Shown here one piece after another: positions 27,060 through 36,708 of a stretch of 64,000 bases of DNA. This stretch comes from an uncultured Gammaproteobacteria bacterium (GTDB lineage: Bacteria; Patescibacteriota; Patescibacteriia; UBA9934), in assembly GCA_964599455.1 (NCBI GenBank), contig CAZREA010000001.1, forward strand, positions 353,829-417,828, given 5' to 3'. The position numbers and the translations under genes were made by a program. A model generated the notes under the pieces. That model did not search any database, had not been told where the DNA came from, and saw nothing but the letters and a program-made list of their open reading frames with translations. How positions within the stretch are numbered: position 1 is the stretch's first letter; every line of letters begins with the position of its first letter.

Positions 27060-28334
27060 CTACACCTTCGGAATCAACTTTTTCAATTCTTCATCACTGG
27101 CAAACGGTCCAATCGCGGCAAGCGACATCTGATCAAAACGTAAATACGTTTGAGCTACACGCAAAACATCTTGTTGTGTTACTTCATCAAACTTCCGTAA
27201 ACGCTCATCAGGATTCTCGACAGCTCCTAAAAAGAGAAGCTGCCGTGCATAAAACTCAGCACGATCGGAAGAATCTTCAAGCGTTAACGAAAGTCCACCG
27301 CGAATATTATCTTTCGCCATCGACAACTCATCAGCGGTAACTCCATGCTCAACAGCCTTGCGAATTTCATCGGTAATTACCTGCATCGCTTCAGCTAAAC
27401 GCGTCGCATCAAGACCGGCACGAACAGTAAACATCCCAACATCTTGATAGGCATCCGTTCCTGCACGCACCGAGTAACACAATCCACGTCGTTCACGCAC
27501 TTCCACAAACAATCGTGAGCTCATCGTCCCTCCCAAAATCGAAGCCAATAATTTTAAGGCTGGCTCATCATCATGACCACGGCCAACCGTCGGGAATCCT
27601 AATGCCAACTGAATCTGCTCCACATCTTTTTGCTGACGACGGATGCGTCCCACCTGCGCCTCATTGCCAATACGCACATCAGCAGGAATTTCCTGACTCG
27701 TTGGCGGAACGGTTCCAAACGTTGCTTCAAGTTGATCAGAAATAGTACTCGGCAAATTTCCCGCAGCAACAATAATCATGTTTTCGGCACAATAAAACGC
27801 ATCACGATATTTCAAGACATCATCGCGCTTCATGGCAAGCATGGACTGCGCCGTTCCAGCAATATTCTTTCCTAACACATGTCCATCAAACATCGCCTCT
27901 TCCAGCAAGTCCTCAATATGCATGATGGGATTTTCTTCGTACATTTTTATTTCTTCGATAATCACCTTCTTTTCCCGCTCCATTTCTTCAGCATCAAATT
28001 TTGAATTGAACAGCATGTCGTGCAACAAATCAATCGCTACTGGCAACTTATCAGCCGCAATCTTTACCCAATACCCCGTCAAATCTTTACCGGTGTAAGC
28101 ATTATATTGCGCACCATAGCGATCAAGCTCACGTGAAATATCAACCGTCTGCGGACGCTTTTCGGTTCCTTTAAACATGAGATGCTCGATAAAATGCGAT
28201 CCACCCCAAACCGTATCATCTTCATTGCGCGATCCGACCTTGAATAATACAAGAATCGCCGCTGCTTCGGTTCCAGAAAAAGGTGCAAGAATAACACGAG
28301 TACCATTTTTGAGATTGGAGAGGGTGTAGGACAT
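27060..28334 (-). CDS. M16-family zinc peptidase (pitrilysin-like)
   Basis: HFIEHLMFKGT inverted zinc-binding HxxEH motif. Confidence 0.8.
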   Translation of the reverse strand: MSYTLSNLKNGTRVILAPFSGTEAAAILVLFKVGSRNEDDTVWGGSHFIEHLMFKGTEKRPQTVDISRELDRYGAQYNAYTGKDLTGYWVKIAADKLPVAIDLLHDMLFNSKFDAEEMEREKKVIIEEIKMYEENPIMHIEDLLEEAMFDGHVLGKNIAGTAQSMLAMKRDDVLKYRDAFYCAENMIIVAAGNLPSTISDQLEATFGTVPPTSQEIPADVRIGNEAQVGRIRRQQKDVEQIQLALGFPTVGRGHDDEPALKLLASILGGTMSSRLFVEVRERRGLCYSVRAGTDAYQDVGMFTVRAGLDATRLAEAMQVITDEIRKAVEHGVTADELSMAKDNIRGGLSLTLEDSSDRAEFYARQLLFLGAVENPDERLRKFDEVTQQDVLRVAQTYLRFDQMSLAAIGPFASDEELKKLIPKV

Positions 28335-28447
28335 AAAAACAGATGAAACGGATCAAAAACGGATGTGACAGATGTATGATGAGTTCCTTCGTGTCATCTT
28401 AAGGAGTCGTACCCTTGAGAGACGACGATGGATCGGTATTTTTCTTC

Positions 28448-29839
28448 TTACTTCAGCCTCTGCGCAAGATATGCCTCCAATTCTGCAATCGGTATACGTT
28501 CTTGCTGCATGCTATCGCGTTCGCGGACGGTGACCGTATCTTTTAATGCCGCATCGCCTTCTCCAAGCGTATCAAAATCAACGGTTACACAGAAGGGCGT
28601 ACCAATTTCATCCTGTCGACGATAGCGCTTACCAATGGACTGCGTTTCGTCGTAATCGACCATGAATGAGGAACGCAGTTGTGTAGTAATCTTTTCCGCC
28701 GCAGCTTGCAGATGTTCTTTCTTGGAAAGCGGGAGAACAGCAACCTTGAATGGCGCCAATGTTCTTGGCAATCGCAAAACAACCCGCGTCTCCCCTTCTA
28801 CTTCTTCTTCGTGATACGCATCCGTCATCACCGCCAGCAGCATGCGTCCAGGGCCGACTGATGATTCAATAATGTGAGGAATGTATTTTTCATTCGTGAT
28901 CGGATCGGTGTAAGTGAAGTCGTGGCCAGAAGCATTTCCATGCTGCGTCAAATCATAATTACCACGCGCATGCACACCTTCAAGTTCTTTGAATCCAAAC
29001 GGGAAATGATATTCGATATCGTAGGCTTCTTTGGCATAGAAGACGAGATTTTCATGCTTGTGCCATTGGAGATTTTCTTCCTTGATCCCCAAATCAAGAT
29101 AGAATTGCCAGCGTGCTTGACGGAGTTTTTCGTATTCTTCCATTTCCTTGTCAGGACTAAGGAAATATTGCATTTCCATCTGCTCCAATTCTCGCGTGCG
29201 GAAAATAAATTGGCGAGCGGTAATCTCATTGCGAAATGCCTTACCAATTTGCGCGATACCAAATGGCAATTTTTTGCGCATCGATGTCATCACGTTATCA
29301 AAATTCACATAAATGCCCTGACACGTTTCACCACGAAGATAAACCGGCTCCTTACTCATGTCATCAGTAAAATTTCCTAGATTCGACTTTACCAGCTGAT
29401 TAAACTTTTTAACTGGCGTAAAATCGTTCTTGCCGCATTTGGTACATTTGATTTTGTCCACGTTTGCAAAAAAGAGATCGTCAATATCAGCTTCGCTCAT
29501 TTTTTCATCAGCGACCACGCCGATATCTTCAAGAAGGTGATCAACGCGATGGCGTGTGTGACAACTTTTACATTCGGTCAATGGGTCGGCAAAACCCGCA
29601 ACGTGTCCGCTGGCTTCCCAGATGCGAGGACTCATGAAAATCGCCGAATCCAATCCAACGATATCCGATCGCATTTGCACCATGGCCTTCCACCAGGCTT
29701 TTTTAAGATTATTCAACAACTCAACACCCAAAGGACCGTAGTCATACACTGCCGCAAAACCTCCGTAAATTTCTGAGCTTGGATACACGAATCCGCGGCT
29801 CTTACAAAGCGTAACTAATTTATCCATGTTTACTGGCAT
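28448..29839 (-). CDS. glyQS: Glycine--tRNA ligase, alpha2 (eukaryote/archaeal-like) type
   Basis: N-terminal LCKSRGFVYPSSEIYGG, class II motifs and insertion domain. Start taken at MPVNMDK. Confidence 0.85.
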   Translation of the reverse strand: MPVNMDKLVTLCKSRGFVYPSSEIYGGFAAVYDYGPLGVELLNNLKKAWWKAMVQMRSDIVGLDSAIFMSPRIWEASGHVAGFADPLTECKSCHTRHRVDHLLEDIGVVADEKMSEADIDDLFFANVDKIKCTKCGKNDFTPVKKFNQLVKSNLGNFTDDMSKEPVYLRGETCQGIYVNFDNVMTSMRKKLPFGIAQIGKAFRNEITARQFIFRTRELEQMEMQYFLSPDKEMEEYEKLRQARWQFYLDLGIKEENLQWHKHENLVFYAKEAYDIEYHFPFGFKELEGVHARGNYDLTQHGNASGHDFTYTDPITNEKYIPHIIESSVGPGRMLLAVMTDAYHEEEVEGETRVVLRLPRTLAPFKVAVLPLSKKEHLQAAAEKITTQLRSSFMVDYDETQSIGKRYRRQDEIGTPFCVTVDFDTLGEGDAALKDTVTVRERDSMQQERIPIAELEAYLAQRLK

Positions 29840-29921
29840 ACCCATATAGATTACCTGAACATGATAAAAATGAAAACGGGCAAACGTGCCCGTTTTCACA
29901 AAGGTTTGGCGTGCAAAACCC

Positions 29922-30467
29922 CTACACCTTCATGATTTCTTCTTCTTTCTTTTCACCAATGGCATCGATTTTGGCAACGTATTCCTTCGTCATTTTATCG
30001 AGATCATCCTGATTTTTACGAATGACATCTTCGCCGACGCCCGTCATTTTACTTATTTCCTTGCGAGCATCTTCACGAATACGACGAATGGCAACGCGCG
30101 CATCTTCTAATTTATCATTCATGATTTTGACGAGTTTCTTACGATTCTCCTCGGTCATCATGGGCATCACCAATCGAATCGTCTTCCCGTCCACTACTGG
30201 ATTCACACCAATATCCGAAATTTGCAACGCCGATTCAATCGCCTTAATCACCGAAGTATCCCAAGGTTCAATAGTGAGCGTGCGAGAGTCTGGCGTCGAC
30301 ATGGAAGCCAAGGCTTTGATCGGTTGCATCGTGCCATAGGCTTCGACTTGCACGTGATCAACGAGCGCCGGTGTAGCCCGACCGGTTCGCAATGTCGCGA
30401 GCTCAGATGACAAATGCTCAATAGAAGCTTCGAACAACTTCTTAATATCGGAAAGATTGGTGGACAT
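29922..30467 (-). CDS. frr: Ribosome recycling factor
   Basis: 181 aa, conserved RRF sequence throughout. Confidence 0.9.
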   Translation of the reverse strand: MSTNLSDIKKLFEASIEHLSSELATLRTGRATPALVDHVQVEAYGTMQPIKALASMSTPDSRTLTIEPWDTSVIKAIESALQISDIGVNPVVDGKTIRLVMPMMTEENRKKLVKIMNDKLEDARVAIRRIREDARKEISKMTGVGEDVIRKNQDDLDKMTKEYVAKIDAIGEKKEEEIMKV

Positions 30468-30512
30468 AGTGCAGGCAGTGTACGAATGAGTTCACCGTTC
30501 GTCAATCAATCA

Positions 30513-31580
30513 TTAATCCTCAATCGCCCGCACACCAAGCCAAACACCATCATTTTCCATAATATGCAAAACCGATGCTGAACGTGTACTTGGCAATTCA
30601 TACGTTGACCACGCGAGTCCTCCGTCATCCGAACGATACACTGCTGTGTCGGTACCGTACATCATGATGTTTGCATCGGTAGGATCGATAGCGATCGTAC
30701 GAATAACCACATCACCACGGGCGGTGAGCAGCGTAAGACCAGTCCAGGTTAAACCTTTGTCGGTAGATTGGACAAGACCGTATTTAGAACTTGCAATCAT
30801 CGTTGAACCGTCAGCAGTTTGCGCAAGGCCATACACGCGATCGGAGTCTTTCAAATCGTCCATGGAGTCTTCAAGTGATACCCAGGTGATACCCATGTCT
30901 TCCGAGCGATGAATACCGGTTCGTGCTCCACCCATGATCACATAACGACTGTCACCTGCATTTACTTCGATGGTGACAACCGCATCCTTGGCGCGATAGA
31001 CCGTTGTCCAACTTCCGCCCGCATCAGATGACTTTAATACTTCTCCAGCTGTGGTACCGAGATACAGAACATTGGGATTGTACCAATCAAGTGCGAGAGC
31101 GGTCAGCGCTTCATTGGTTCGGCCTTCGACATACGTTTCCGTATCAAATGCCCGACCACAGGTTGTTGTTTTCATGAGACGGTCGGCTTTGAGAACGTAA
31201 TACGTACATATATCCTTGTTGCTTACCGCGATATCGAGCACTGCGCCCTTACGCACTTCAGCTTCCTCGGGCCGCATCCATGAAGCACCATCATCAACCG
31301 AATACAAAAGTCCCGAACCCTGCGTACCGATATACAAGGCCGAGCTATCCTGTGGATCGACTGCAAACGACAACACATCAGCGCCGCCAATCGACGCCAT
31401 TTCAGTTGCGGTTGGCAAGACATTCTTTGCCGTCCAGGTCTGGCCACTGTCCGCAGAAAGCCAGACACCGCCCGTCGTTGCCTTTGCCGATGAGCCTCCA
31501 AAACAACCCGCACCGGTTAACAGAAGTGCCATGGCCGCGAAAGCGGCAAAAAAGCGAGAAATACGCATAGATGAATACAT
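30513..31580 (-). CDS. BNR/Ycf48-like beta-propeller lipoprotein
   Basis: Lipobox LLLTGAGC and repeated S-x-D-x-G-x-(T/S)-W motifs. Confidence 0.5.
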   Translation of the reverse strand: MYSSMRISRFFAAFAAMALLLTGAGCFGGSSAKATTGGVWLSADSGQTWTAKNVLPTATEMASIGGADVLSFAVDPQDSSALYIGTQGSGLLYSVDDGASWMRPEEAEVRKGAVLDIAVSNKDICTYYVLKADRLMKTTTCGRAFDTETYVEGRTNEALTALALDWYNPNVLYLGTTAGEVLKSSDAGGSWTTVYRAKDAVVTIEVNAGDSRYVIMGGARTGIHRSEDMGITWVSLEDSMDDLKDSDRVYGLAQTADGSTMIASSKYGLVQSTDKGLTWTGLTLLTARGDVVIRTIAIDPTDANIMMYGTDTAVYRSDDGGLAWSTYELPSTRSASVLHIMENDGVWLGVRAIED

Positions 31581-32329
31581 TATACCGAACTTATTCGGGT
31601 AAGCAGAATTGCAGGGTTATTATTCGCCTCAAGGCCCTCTTTTACAGTCAAAATCTCCTCCATTAATCGAGTCGCCTGCACACCCTGTGTATGAGCGGCA
31701 GCAAGCAATGCGTCCAACCATTCTGCAAGAAGAGGAATATCTTCTTTGGTGCTTTTTAAAAGACGCGTGATAAAGGCGAAGCGTCCGGCACGATCAGCTT
31801 GTAAAAAATGCAAGGGATCAAGTGAAGTATCTCCAGTCCATATTATCTCTCCAAATGGTGGAAAAGCGATATGAGCCATACGCGACCTCAGTGTTGGCAA
31901 CAATCGGTCAGGATACGGGGTAATGAACATCGCAAAAAGCTCACCAGCTGGATCTTCTAACGTTTTTAACATGGCATTTTGTGCCGCGTCCGACAAAAGA
32001 TGAGCTACTTCGACCAATAATACTTTTGTTTGACCAAATGAAGTCAGGGAAACGCGATCAAGCACATCACGAATATCTTCAACAGAAATTAATCGCTGCC
32101 TTCCCGTTCCCGTCACCTCGTCAGACGGAGTCACAAGCATGACATCGGGATGACGAAGAACTTGATCAGGAGATATATCTAAACGCTGCGCGGTAAGCAG
32201 ATGCATAAGCTGTCGCAATGCATTGTCGGGAACGCCTGATAATAACCAAACCGTGTGCGACGGTGATTGCATCGCTAACCGAGAAAGATGATCAATGCGT
32301 GTTTGCCAAGATGGAGGAAAGGACGTCAT
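31580..32329 (-). CDS. holB: DNA polymerase III delta-prime subunit-like clamp-loader protein
   Basis: NAMLKTLEDP and LRSRM (SRC-like) motifs. The Walker A is degenerate. Confidence 0.55.
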   Translation of the reverse strand: MTSFPPSWQTRIDHLSRLAMQSPSHTVWLLSGVPDNALRQLMHLLTAQRLDISPDQVLRHPDVMLVTPSDEVTGTGRQRLISVEDIRDVLDRVSLTSFGQTKVLLVEVAHLLSDAAQNAMLKTLEDPAGELFAMFITPYPDRLLPTLRSRMAHIAFPPFGEIIWTGDTSLDPLHFLQADRAGRFAFITRLLKSTKEDIPLLAEWLDALLAAAHTQGVQATRLMEEILTVKEGLEANNNPAILLTRISSV

Positions 32330-33114
32330 AGGACTGGATGTGCTACCTGCATACGTTGGGCTTCATGTTTGGCCAGCGTAAAAACAACGCGACAAAGCTG
32401 CGCAACTTCAGAAGAAAAAATGATAAGTGATTGTACGGGCGCAGTGTAGGAAACAAAAGCAACGACATCATCAGACACAAACATTTCACCAGGAAGAGAT
32501 CCTATTTCTTGTGGGATACAGGTAAGAGAAAAACGATCTGAAGGCAAACACAATGAAGCCTGTAAACGGCTCAAACTATGCACGGCTTCAATATGTTTTC
32601 CTTGCGAAAGAAGCTCTTCGAAATAGTTTTGTAAAAGCGGCAAAGGCGAAGCAAGAAAAGCATCATATCCGCACAGATGCAGGACATGCTTACCCTCAAG
32701 CGCGCGGAAAATATCACGAACCCTTGCTACACCCTCTTCACCTTGCGCATGCACCACCCGTAAACGATTATCAGATGAAGATGTTGTGCTTGCAAAAAGT
32801 TCGAGCGAGGCAATGTGTTGTTGAGCTAATTCTGCACGATAACGCGCCTCTTCGGCTGACGCCTGCAGTGATTGTGCAATGCATCGCGGCGACTCCGCGA
32901 TATAACGCTTTTGTTCTTGTACGGTTTCTTCGCGAATAAAACCAAGATGAACAAGTTCTTGCAACGCATCATAACAACTCGATCGCGGTAACGATAACGC
33001 ATCAGCTAATTCGCCTACCTTCACCGATGATCGCTCCAAAACACAAAGATACATCTCCGCCTGACGCGCCGAGAAACCAATGCGGATAAGGGTATCTTGA
33101 AGATCCTTGCGCAT
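32326..33114 (-). CDS. TrmB-like winged-helix transcriptional regulator
   Basis: Start at MRKDLQDTLIRIG (33114). HTH ARQAEMYLCVLERSSVKVGELADALSLPRSSCYDALQELVHLGFI. 4-nt overlap with holB. Confidence 0.5.
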   Translation of the reverse strand: MRKDLQDTLIRIGFSARQAEMYLCVLERSSVKVGELADALSLPRSSCYDALQELVHLGFIREETVQEQKRYIAESPRCIAQSLQASAEEARYRAELAQQHIASLELFASTTSSSDNRLRVVHAQGEEGVARVRDIFRALEGKHVLHLCGYDAFLASPLPLLQNYFEELLSQGKHIEAVHSLSRLQASLCLPSDRFSLTCIPQEIGSLPGEMFVSDDVVAFVSYTAPVQSLIIFSSEVAQLCRVVFTLAKHEAQRMQVAHPVL

Positions 33115-33115
33115 G

Positions 33116-34120
33116 CTACGTATTAAACAAACTCCTCTTATACGCCTCCAAATTTTCCAAAGCCAACCCCGTTCCGCGAGCAACACACAACTGTGGCTCG
33201 TCGGCAACGTAGGCGGGAACACCCGTTGCATCAGCAAACAAACGATCGATATTGCGCAACTGACTCGATCCACCCGACAACACAATACCCTTGTCCATGA
33301 CATCGGCTGACAATTCTGGCGGCGTTTGTGATAACACGATTTTCAGTGCCACAATCAAATCTTCCAATAACGGTTGCAGTGCTTCGGTCACATCATCGCT
33401 CGTCACTTCAATGATTTTTGGCAAACCCGTAATCATATCTCTTCCCTTAACTTCAGTGCGCAGTTTGTCGGGAAGATAAAGTGCTGAGCCACATTTCATT
33501 TTAATTTCTTCGGCCGTACGTTCACCAATAGCCACGTTATAGGTACGGCGCACAAAATCCATAATCGCCTGATCAAACTTCACCCCACCAATACGCACCG
33601 ACGTCGAAGCCACGATGCCACCAAGAGACAGCACTGCCATCTCCGACGTTCCCCCACCAATCTCTACAATCATGTGACCGTTGGGGCTACCGATAGGAAT
33701 GTTGGCTCCAATCGCCGCCACCACCGGCTGTTTAATGACATAGGCGACACGTGCACCAGCCATGAGTGCAGCGTCAACAACGGCACGGCGTTCGGTTGAG
33801 GTAATGCCGCCAGGAACCGCAATCATAACCTCGGGCTTAAACAAGCGAATACCGCCCAGTGCCTTGTTCATGAAATAGCGCAACATTGCTTCGGTCGTTC
33901 GATAGTCCGCAATCACGCCATCACGAAGCGGTCGGCGGGCAATAATGGTTTCCGGTGTGCGGCCAAGCATGTCTTTTGCTTCTTTTCCAACCGCCAAAAC
34001 TGATTTATCCCCCTTGGAAACCGCAACCACCGAGGGTTCATTAATAATAATGCCTCGCTTGGGAACATAGACCAAAACCGTGGTCGTTCCTAAATCAATC
34101 CCAATTTTTTTACCAAACAT
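33116..34120 (-). CDS. mreB: Rod-shape determining actin homologue MreB
   Basis: KIGIDLGTTT and DIGGGTSE actin-fold phosphate motifs. Confidence 0.85.
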   Translation of the reverse strand: MFGKKIGIDLGTTTVLVYVPKRGIIINEPSVVAVSKGDKSVLAVGKEAKDMLGRTPETIIARRPLRDGVIADYRTTEAMLRYFMNKALGGIRLFKPEVMIAVPGGITSTERRAVVDAALMAGARVAYVIKQPVVAAIGANIPIGSPNGHMIVEIGGGTSEMAVLSLGGIVASTSVRIGGVKFDQAIMDFVRRTYNVAIGERTAEEIKMKCGSALYLPDKLRTEVKGRDMITGLPKIIEVTSDDVTEALQPLLEDLIVALKIVLSQTPPELSADVMDKGIVLSGGSSQLRNIDRLFADATGVPAYVADEPQLCVARGTGLALENLEAYKRSLFNT

Positions 34121-34128
34121 ACAAAAAG

Positions 34129-36120
34129 CTACAGCTCGATCCTGAAGACTTTATCGGTAGAAAGCGTCGTATCGACGGTATAGTTCGTATCACCGAAGTA
34201 TTCTTCCTCTTCTGCAGGCTCGGCAGCTGTGAGGTTGGTACCAAAATGCAAGTCCAGGGTCAAAAGGTTATCCCCTGCTCCAATCTGTTTCAGCGCCGAA
34301 AGCGTATATACGCCGCGTTCAATAGCATGCACCACCGACGCCGGAAGATCATACGTAAAGGTGAGTGTACGCTCCTTTCCTGGCTCGATGGCAATAAACG
34401 TGCCAAAACTCGTCATGCCAAACGCATCTTCGGTCACCACCGGCCCCGGAAGTCCGGCAGGATTTTTTGTCAGGTCATTCAAAAGCGAGCCATCAACGCC
34501 AACGAGTTTGGATCCGAGCGGAACATAGACTCGCGTATAGGAACGGTATCGCGTTGTTTTCCAATCAAAGGAACCCTGATGAACGTAACGAATCACAAGC
34601 GTGGCACGATAGGTATCACTCTGTGGCTGAAGCGTGTAGGTAACAAAACGTTGCACGACCGGGTCAGTTTTGAGTGCAGCTAAATTCGCATCCACCACCA
34701 TGATCGCATCATCGGCCGCAGCGGGATTTGGCGTTCCCGCCCAACCTGCATCAACGAGATGTGCTTGCGTGTCTTCGTTAAAGCTTGCAAAAACAACATC
34801 TTTTTGTGCCAAACTTTGTTCAAAGAGCGAGAAAAAGGAGAGCCATTTCGCTGGAGGCAACTCAAGCAAACGCGAGACCATTTCTTCGGTCAATACTTTC
34901 AATACTTTCTTACGCTCTTCGTACGCCACTCCCGCATCAACAAAACCTTGCTCAACTTGATACTGCAACAGATCATACAAATTCTCGGCCGTATAGGTAG
35001 AGCCTTCGACCATGATCGGTCCAATAAATCGCAACACATCCTGGATAAAAACGGGCGTAATTCCCACCACGTCATGAATTTCAGGAATAGACTGCTTGCC
35101 AACTGCTAATTCCTGTCGCAACAATTGTCGTGCATCACGCGCGGTCTCGTAAAAACTCGGTGACCAGGCGGCATCACGAAAATACCAATCCGGTACACCA
35201 AGCTGTTCGGTAAGCGGATAAGGCGGCGGCAAAATATAGTTCGAATCATCCATCACATATTTGTCGGCAGTGTAACTATCTTCGGTCTGCACCGAGACAA
35301 TGTCACCATCACGAACAAGCACTAAACTATACGCACCAATAAACCCTCCGCCCGGGCGCAATTCTGCATTATTCAAAAACAACACTAAGAATTGCCGATC
35401 AGCAGACAGTCCCGCAAACTCCGAAGCGATCGCGGAAAACGGCGTGAGAATATCCAATGTCGTCACGAGCTTTGGTAATGCCGCCTGCATCTGTAAAACT
35501 CCCGCACGCACTTCAGCTAAAGGAATCTGCGCAGGATCAAGTCGTGCCGCATCTTGGGCAGCAAGAGCGAGTGCAATACGCATCGCACGCATGTCATTTT
35601 CTGCTTTGGCGAACGCCTGCAACGCAGCTTCTTTTTCGCTGTCAGAAAAATCAGAGAATGGCCGTGGGTCATCAAGAAAAGAAGGCTCAGCAACGTCATG
35701 GGCACGATCAACAGCCGCCAAAACATCTTGCGCGATCTCTAACGCGCTCTGCCCCACATCTAGCACTTCAACACCCACATGCAGCGTATCTTGCAATTGT
35801 CCATACCCTTCACCAATAACCGGTGCTGAACCTAAAAAAGGAAACCCCGAGGACAGTTGCTCCAAACGCTGGGCATGCTCTTTTGCTTGTGCGAAGGCGG
35901 CCGAAGCATCTGCGACCCGATATTCTTCCAGTGCCGTCTGTCCTGCAGTCAACGCTTGCTTAAACGCAATCACTTGCGAGGCTGCATACGCTCCAACCAC
36001 ACCAACGCTCAAAAAAATCACAATCAGCACGATTACTACCGTGTGATACCAACGAAAACGCCGTCGATTTTTTTTCGACGGAGGATGCGGATGAGATGGG
36101 GATAGATGATGTGATTCCAT
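34129..36120 (-). CDS. DUF4012 domain-containing membrane-anchored protein
   Basis: N-terminal TM helix and the hallmark FLVLFLNNAELRPGGGFIGAYSL motif. Confidence 0.65.
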   Translation of the reverse strand: MESHHLSPSHPHPPSKKNRRRFRWYHTVVIVLIVIFLSVGVVGAYAASQVIAFKQALTAGQTALEEYRVADASAAFAQAKEHAQRLEQLSSGFPFLGSAPVIGEGYGQLQDTLHVGVEVLDVGQSALEIAQDVLAAVDRAHDVAEPSFLDDPRPFSDFSDSEKEAALQAFAKAENDMRAMRIALALAAQDAARLDPAQIPLAEVRAGVLQMQAALPKLVTTLDILTPFSAIASEFAGLSADRQFLVLFLNNAELRPGGGFIGAYSLVLVRDGDIVSVQTEDSYTADKYVMDDSNYILPPPYPLTEQLGVPDWYFRDAAWSPSFYETARDARQLLRQELAVGKQSIPEIHDVVGITPVFIQDVLRFIGPIMVEGSTYTAENLYDLLQYQVEQGFVDAGVAYEERKKVLKVLTEEMVSRLLELPPAKWLSFFSLFEQSLAQKDVVFASFNEDTQAHLVDAGWAGTPNPAAADDAIMVVDANLAALKTDPVVQRFVTYTLQPQSDTYRATLVIRYVHQGSFDWKTTRYRSYTRVYVPLGSKLVGVDGSLLNDLTKNPAGLPGPVVTEDAFGMTSFGTFIAIEPGKERTLTFTYDLPASVVHAIERGVYTLSALKQIGAGDNLLTLDLHFGTNLTAAEPAEEEEYFGDTNYTVDTTLSTDKVFRIEL

Positions 36121-36157
36121 GGAAATAAGAGAACATCATCAGTGTATCACGCAGCCT

Positions 36158-36676
36158 TCATTCCTGAACACGCAAAAGCTCATGCACCTCTTGCACAAGA
36201 GGCGTAGCCTCAAAATCATAGATGCAATCCGAAAATTGAACGATCTCTCCTGTGTTCAAGCGGAAACGGATCTCACGATCAACACCATCCACTGCGCTGC
36301 TACAAAATTCCCTCTCCTTCTTAACGAACGTTTCTAAAACCACAGTTTCATTCAGATCATCACGCAACGACATCACTTCACTCCGAGAAATCTTTTTTAT
36401 CAATTTCCAACGCCTCACATTTGTCACTTGATAAATGTAACCATCGTCATACAGCGCCACAAACGCAACCGGATCAGCATACCCCGTATACCATCCGCCG
36501 GAATACACGATCTGCACTAATGGATCATTCGTAAAATGCCGATCCACCCGATGAAAACCAATGTCATACGCCCAAATAATTCCTATGATAAAAAGCAGAA
36601 CGAGGACCACTTTTTTGTAGACGCGGAAAAATGCAGGGGACATAGAATTTTCTACGGTACTCTTGAACGCAATCAA
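36158..36676 (-). CDS. Hypothetical membrane-anchored protein
   Basis: 172 aa with one TM helix. Confidence 0.4.
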   Translation of the reverse strand: MIAFKSTVENSMSPAFFRVYKKVVLVLLFIIGIIWAYDIGFHRVDRHFTNDPLVQIVYSGGWYTGYADPVAFVALYDDGYIYQVTNVRRWKLIKKISRSEVMSLRDDLNETVVLETFVKKEREFCSSAVDGVDREIRFRLNTGEIVQFSDCIYDFEATPLVQEVHELLRVQE

Positions 36677-36708
36677 GAGCGTGACGCCGTATCCTTCTTG
36701 CGAAAAAT

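Noticed and set aside
35300-36046. Plus-strand 248-aa Ala/Ser-rich ORF inside the DUF4012 gene
   Set aside because: Antisense low-complexity shadow ORF. The DUF4012 frame carries the hallmark NNAELRPGGGF motif.
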